Shown one piece after another: positions 60,287 to 64,000 of a DNA stretch of 64,000 bases (the first letter of the stretch is position 1; each line of letters begins with the position of its first letter). Origin of the DNA: Bacillota bacterium. GTDB taxonomy: Bacteria; Bacillota_I; Bacilli_A; RF39; UBA660. The notes under the pieces are model-generated. The model worked only from the letters and a program-made list of their open reading frames with translations. It searched no databases and was not told where the DNA came from. The stretch covers positions 90,247 through 154,246 of the forward strand of contig SVAX01000001.1 in assembly GCA_015059155.1 (NCBI GenBank), read 5' to 3'. The position numbers and the translations under genes were made by a program.

Positions 60287-61420
60287 CTATTTATTCTTCT
60301 TTAAATAGTTTTCTATTGATTTAAACTCCGATGTTTTTAAATCAGTTGTACTTAACTCTTCAAATAATTTCTTTTGTTTCTTATCAAGCTTACTTGGAAT
60401 TACTACATTTATTATTACATACATATTTCCTTTAGAACCAGAATGTAGATCTTCTACTCCCTTTCCTTTGAGTCTATGTTTATCTCCAGTATTAGCACCT
60501 GATTCAATTGTTAATTTAACATTACCATAAAGAGTTGGTATTTCTTTTTTACATCCTAATACTGCATCAGTAATAGTAATTGGTAGTTCTAAATATATAT
60601 CATTTCCATCTCTTTCAAAAAGTTGGTGTTCTTTTACTCTAAATTCTAAATATAAATCTCCATTTTGTCCACCATTAGAGCCACTATCTCCTTTTCCAGA
60701 TAATCTTAAACGATTTCCAGTATCAACACCTGCTGGAATTTTAACTTCTAAATCTTTGTTCTTTTTAACGCTTCCTGTACCTCTACAATGAGAGCAAGTG
60801 GATTCATAAGTTTTACCTTTTCCCTTACAATCAGGACAAGTAGTTCTAGTCGCAAATGTACCAAAAAGTGTATTTTGTTGCATAGTCACTGTACCATTAC
60901 CATGGCAGGTAGAACAAGTTTTTTCTCCTTTGCCTCCCTTACCACGACATTCATCACATTCATCAAAGAAATCTACATTTATTTCTTTTTTGCACCCAAA
61001 TACAGCTTCTTCAAATGTTAAATCAACTCTCATTAATCTATCACTACCACGACGAGCTCTAGATGAATTTCTACTAGATCCACCTCCGAATCCTCCAAAA
61101 TTAGAAAAACCTCCGCCAAAAGCTCCACCAAATAAATCACTAAAGATATCACTGAAATCAAAATCAGAGAAATCAAATCCAGCTCCACCATTCATTTGAT
61201 CAAATGCAGCATGACCAAATTGATCATATTGTTTTCTTTTTTGTTCATCCGAAAGAACTGCATAAGCTTCTTGAGCTTCTTTAAATTTTTCAGCAGCATC
61301 CGGTTCTTTAGATACGTCTGGGTGATATTTCTTGGCTAACTTTCTGAAAGCACTTTTAATTTCTTTTTCATCAGCATTCTTTGATACCCCTAAGACCTCA
61401 TAATAATCTCTTTTATTCAT
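60287..61420 (-). CDS. dnaJ: Molecular chaperone DnaJ
   Basis: J domain with HPD (KKYHPDV), a G/F region and four CxxCxGxG zinc motifs. Confidence 0.95.
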   Translation of the reverse strand: MNKRDYYEVLGVSKNADEKEIKSAFRKLAKKYHPDVSKEPDAAEKFKEAQEAYAVLSDEQKRKQYDQFGHAAFDQMNGGAGFDFSDFDFSDIFSDLFGGAFGGGFSNFGGFGGGSSRNSSRARRGSDRLMRVDLTFEEAVFGCKKEINVDFFDECDECRGKGGKGEKTCSTCHGNGTVTMQQNTLFGTFATRTTCPDCKGKGKTYESTCSHCRGTGSVKKNKDLEVKIPAGVDTGNRLRLSGKGDSGSNGGQNGDLYLEFRVKEHQLFERDGNDIYLELPITITDAVLGCKKEIPTLYGNVKLTIESGANTGDKHRLKGKGVEDLHSGSKGNMYVIINVVIPSKLDKKQKKLFEELSTTDLKTSEFKSIENYLKKNK

Positions 61421-61427
61421 ACTTCAC

Positions 61428-63218
61428 CTACTTAATTAATTTTTTTAATATTTTTTGCTTCTCTTCAAATAAAGATAGAGCTTCTTCTATTGGTTTTGGA
61501 GTTTCCATATCTACTCCAACTTTCTTTAATATATTTAAAGGATAATCATTTCCACCACTGCTTAAAAATACTAAATAATTATCTCTTGTTTCAGTATCTC
61601 CTTTAAGTATGCGACTAGCAATAGATAAAGCTGCACTTAATCCAGTTGCATATTTATATACATAAAATGGTGTATAGAAATGTGGTATTCTACTCCATTC
61701 ATATCGTATATTATCATCACTTACCACATTATCTCCATAATATAATTTATTTAACTCATAATATGTATTAGATATTTCTTCTTCAGTTAAAGGAATACCA
61801 TCTTGTTCTTTTTGATGCATAATCATTTCAAATTCGGCAAACATAGTTTGTCTATATAAAGTAGTTCTTACAGTGTCCAAGAAATCTACTAAATAAAATA
61901 TCTTTTCTTCCTTTGTCTTAGCATTCTTATACATATAATCATTTATTAATACTTCATTTACTGTAGAAGCAATTTCAGCTAAAAATATAGGATAATTACT
62001 ATCTACATAGTTTTGAGATTTTGAATAATAAGAATGCATAGAATGTCCTAATTCATGCCCCATTGTGCTAACTGCATCAACAGTATCATTATAATTAAGA
62101 AGCAAATATGGATATGAATCATAACATCCCCAAGAATAAGCTCCTGATCTTTTCCCTTCACCTGGATATATGTCTATCCATTTTTCATCAAAAGCTTTAT
62201 TTAAATCATTTAGATATTTTTCTCCTAATGGTTTTAATGCTTCAAATAATATTTTCTTGCCCTCTTCAAATGGTATATTATCTTTGTCACACTTCACTAA
62301 ATCCACATATATATCATACATATGAAGTTTTTCTAAATTTAACATCTTTTTTCTTAATTCCATATAATCATACATTAAATCTAAATTTTTGTGAACTGTA
62401 TCTATTAAATTTTTATATACACTTACATCTATATTATCATTAAATAAACTTCTTTCTAATGTTGAATTATATTTTTTTACATTAGTTACAAATGAAGATT
62501 CTTTTATTTCGCCTACATAAGTTGAAGCAAGAGTGTTTTTTCTATTTTTAAAATAGTTATACATAGCATTAAATGCATTTTCTCTTACACTTCTATCCTT
62601 ACTTTTCATAAAAACAAAATAATTACTTTGAGTTAGCTTAACATCTTCACCATTTTCATTCTTTATATAGCCTAAATCTATATCAGCATTATTTATATTA
62701 TTAAATGTTTCACTACAGTTACCAAATGCATTTAAAGCACGTACATAAATATCTTCTTCTTTTTGACTTAGCGAATGTGGCTTAAAACGATATATATCTT
62801 CTAAATAAAATCTATACTCTTTTAATTTTTTATTTTCAGATATATATTTTAAAACAGTTTCATAATCACTTTCCATCATTTCAGGTTCTATAAAAGAAAA
62901 TTGTTCACTTAAGCCTTCATTTAATTTTTCAATCTTCATTTTTAAAGCTTTAGTTTTGTTATCTTTAGTATCTACATCAAAAGCCATTTTAGAATAAACA
63001 TATAATTTAGTTATTATTCTATCTTGTTCCTCAGTAGTTTTTAAGAAATTATACAAACTATCACTACTATCCATAATATGAGATTTAAATTCAAGTATCT
63101 TAGGAGTAAGTTCGTTTACCTTATCTATGTCTTTTTCTATTTCATTATTTTCTTTATACATTTTACTTAAATCCCACTTATATTCATTAGGTACTTCTGC
63201 TCTTGTCTTATATTCCAT
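61428..63218 (-). CDS. pepF: Oligoendopeptidase F (M3B family)
   Basis: HELGHSMH zinc motif and PepF-like length and N-terminus. Confidence 0.85.
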   Translation of the reverse strand: MEYKTRAEVPNEYKWDLSKMYKENNEIEKDIDKVNELTPKILEFKSHIMDSSDSLYNFLKTTEEQDRIITKLYVYSKMAFDVDTKDNKTKALKMKIEKLNEGLSEQFSFIEPEMMESDYETVLKYISENKKLKEYRFYLEDIYRFKPHSLSQKEEDIYVRALNAFGNCSETFNNINNADIDLGYIKNENGEDVKLTQSNYFVFMKSKDRSVRENAFNAMYNYFKNRKNTLASTYVGEIKESSFVTNVKKYNSTLERSLFNDNIDVSVYKNLIDTVHKNLDLMYDYMELRKKMLNLEKLHMYDIYVDLVKCDKDNIPFEEGKKILFEALKPLGEKYLNDLNKAFDEKWIDIYPGEGKRSGAYSWGCYDSYPYLLLNYNDTVDAVSTMGHELGHSMHSYYSKSQNYVDSNYPIFLAEIASTVNEVLINDYMYKNAKTKEEKIFYLVDFLDTVRTTLYRQTMFAEFEMIMHQKEQDGIPLTEEEISNTYYELNKLYYGDNVVSDDNIRYEWSRIPHFYTPFYVYKYATGLSAALSIASRILKGDTETRDNYLVFLSSGGNDYPLNILKKVGVDMETPKPIEEALSLFEEKQKILKKLIK

Positions 63219-63268
63219 AGTATCTCCTTTTTATAATTTAAGAAGTTCTAGTTGCCTAGAACTTCATT

Positions 63269-64000
63269 TTATTTTTCTTCGTAATCAGCATCCATTACAT
63301 CGTCTTTTTTAGATTTTTTATCTTTTTTATCTTCTTTTTCTTCTTCTGGTTGTTCTGCTTGTTGTTGTTTTGCAGCTTCTTCATAAACTTTAGTAGCAAG
63401 TGCCATAGCAGATTCATTTAATTTTTCAGTTTTAGCTTTGATATCTTCTATATCATCACCTTCTAAAGCTTCTTTTAAATCTTTAATTTGATCTTCAGCT
63501 TTTTCTTTATCTTTAGAATCAACTTTATCTCCTAAATCTTTAATAGCTTTTTCAGTAGCAAAAATCATTTGTTCAGCTTCATTTCTAGCATCAGCTTCAG
63601 CTTTACGTTTTTCATCAGCTTCACGATTTTCTTCTGCTTCTTTTACCATCTTATCTATTTCATCATCACTTAAGTTAGTTGAAGATGTAATTGTAATTGA
63701 TTGTTCTTTATTAGTTCCTAAATCTTTAGCTTTAACATTAACAATACCATTAGCATCTATATCGAAAGTAACTTCAATTTGAGGTACTCCACGAGGCGCT
63801 GGTGGGATATTTGTTAATTGGAATCTTCCTAAAGTTTTGTTATCAGCAGCCATTTGTCTTTCACCTTGTAAAATATGAATGTCTACTGCAGGTTGATTAT
63901 CAGCAGCTGTTGAGAATACTTGTGATTTACTAGTTGGAATAGTTGTATTTCTTGGAATTAATACTGTACAAATTCCACCTAATGTTTCAATACCTAGTGA
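63269..64000 (-). CDS. dnaK: Molecular chaperone DnaK, C-terminal part (5' end beyond the window)
   Basis: The frame stays open upstream of the track's internal Met to the window edge. Substrate-binding and lid region: [33 protein letters not shown], with an acidic tail. Confidence 0.9.
   Translation of the reverse strand, partial: SLGIETLGGICTVLIPRNTTIPTSKSQVFSTAADNQPAVDIHILQGERQMAADNKTLGRFQLTNIPPAPRGVPQIEVTFDIDANGIVNVKAKDLGTNKEQSITITSSTNLSDDEIDKMVKEAEENREADEKRKAEADARNEAEQMIFATEKAIKDLGDKVDSKDKEKAEDQIKDLKEALEGDDIEDIKAKTEKLNESAMALATKVYEEAAKQQQAEQPEEEKEDKKDKKSKKDDVMDADYEEK

Overview
Very AT-rich (by eye about one quarter G+C, not computed) Bacillota-type chromosome segment. It uses the standard genetic code and nearly every gene is on the minus strand; a wall-bearing Erysipelotrichia-like origin is an inference only. 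Positions 1-30.9 kb and 49.6-64 kb are ordinary core genome. The left core block holds clpC, an M23 peptidase, ttcA, an MBOAT/DHHW pair, tRNA-Arg(CCU), recA, mreCD, radC, ftsK, eno, murD, transporters and a NUDIX gene. The right core block holds recG, hemW, lepA, cca, a giant prepilin-like protein, hup, dnaJ, pepF and dnaK. Between them (about 31.1-49.5 kb) lies an ~18.4 kb integrative, phage-satellite-like defence island. It is bounded by a 13-nt direct repeat (TCTCTTCAGGGGG) and appears to have inserted into the 3' end of a small promoter-plus-terminator RNA gene just downstream of recG. The island carries a stand-alone defence-type reverse transcriptase with a long structured 5' non-coding arm and an antisense small hydrophobic ORF. 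It also carries a PD-(D/E)xK-like nuclease gene, a type I R-M system (hsdRSM plus an M48/DUF45 peptidase) and a Panacea(DUF4065)-type toxin-antitoxin pair. An unexplained intergenic block holds 11-bp tandem repeats and GC-rich tracts. The remaining island genes are an HNH/replisome-organizer/cro/cI module, a tyrosine integrase and a SWIM-finger gene. The two most unusual observations are these. First, the RT plus its non-coding arm is a candidate RT-ncRNA system whose family cannot be assigned by eye. Second, a 34-bp near-perfect inverted repeat exactly brackets the divergent cro/cI regulatory cassette next to the recombinase gene, which suggests an invertible lysogeny-type switch. No rRNA, CRISPR array or IS transposase was seen.
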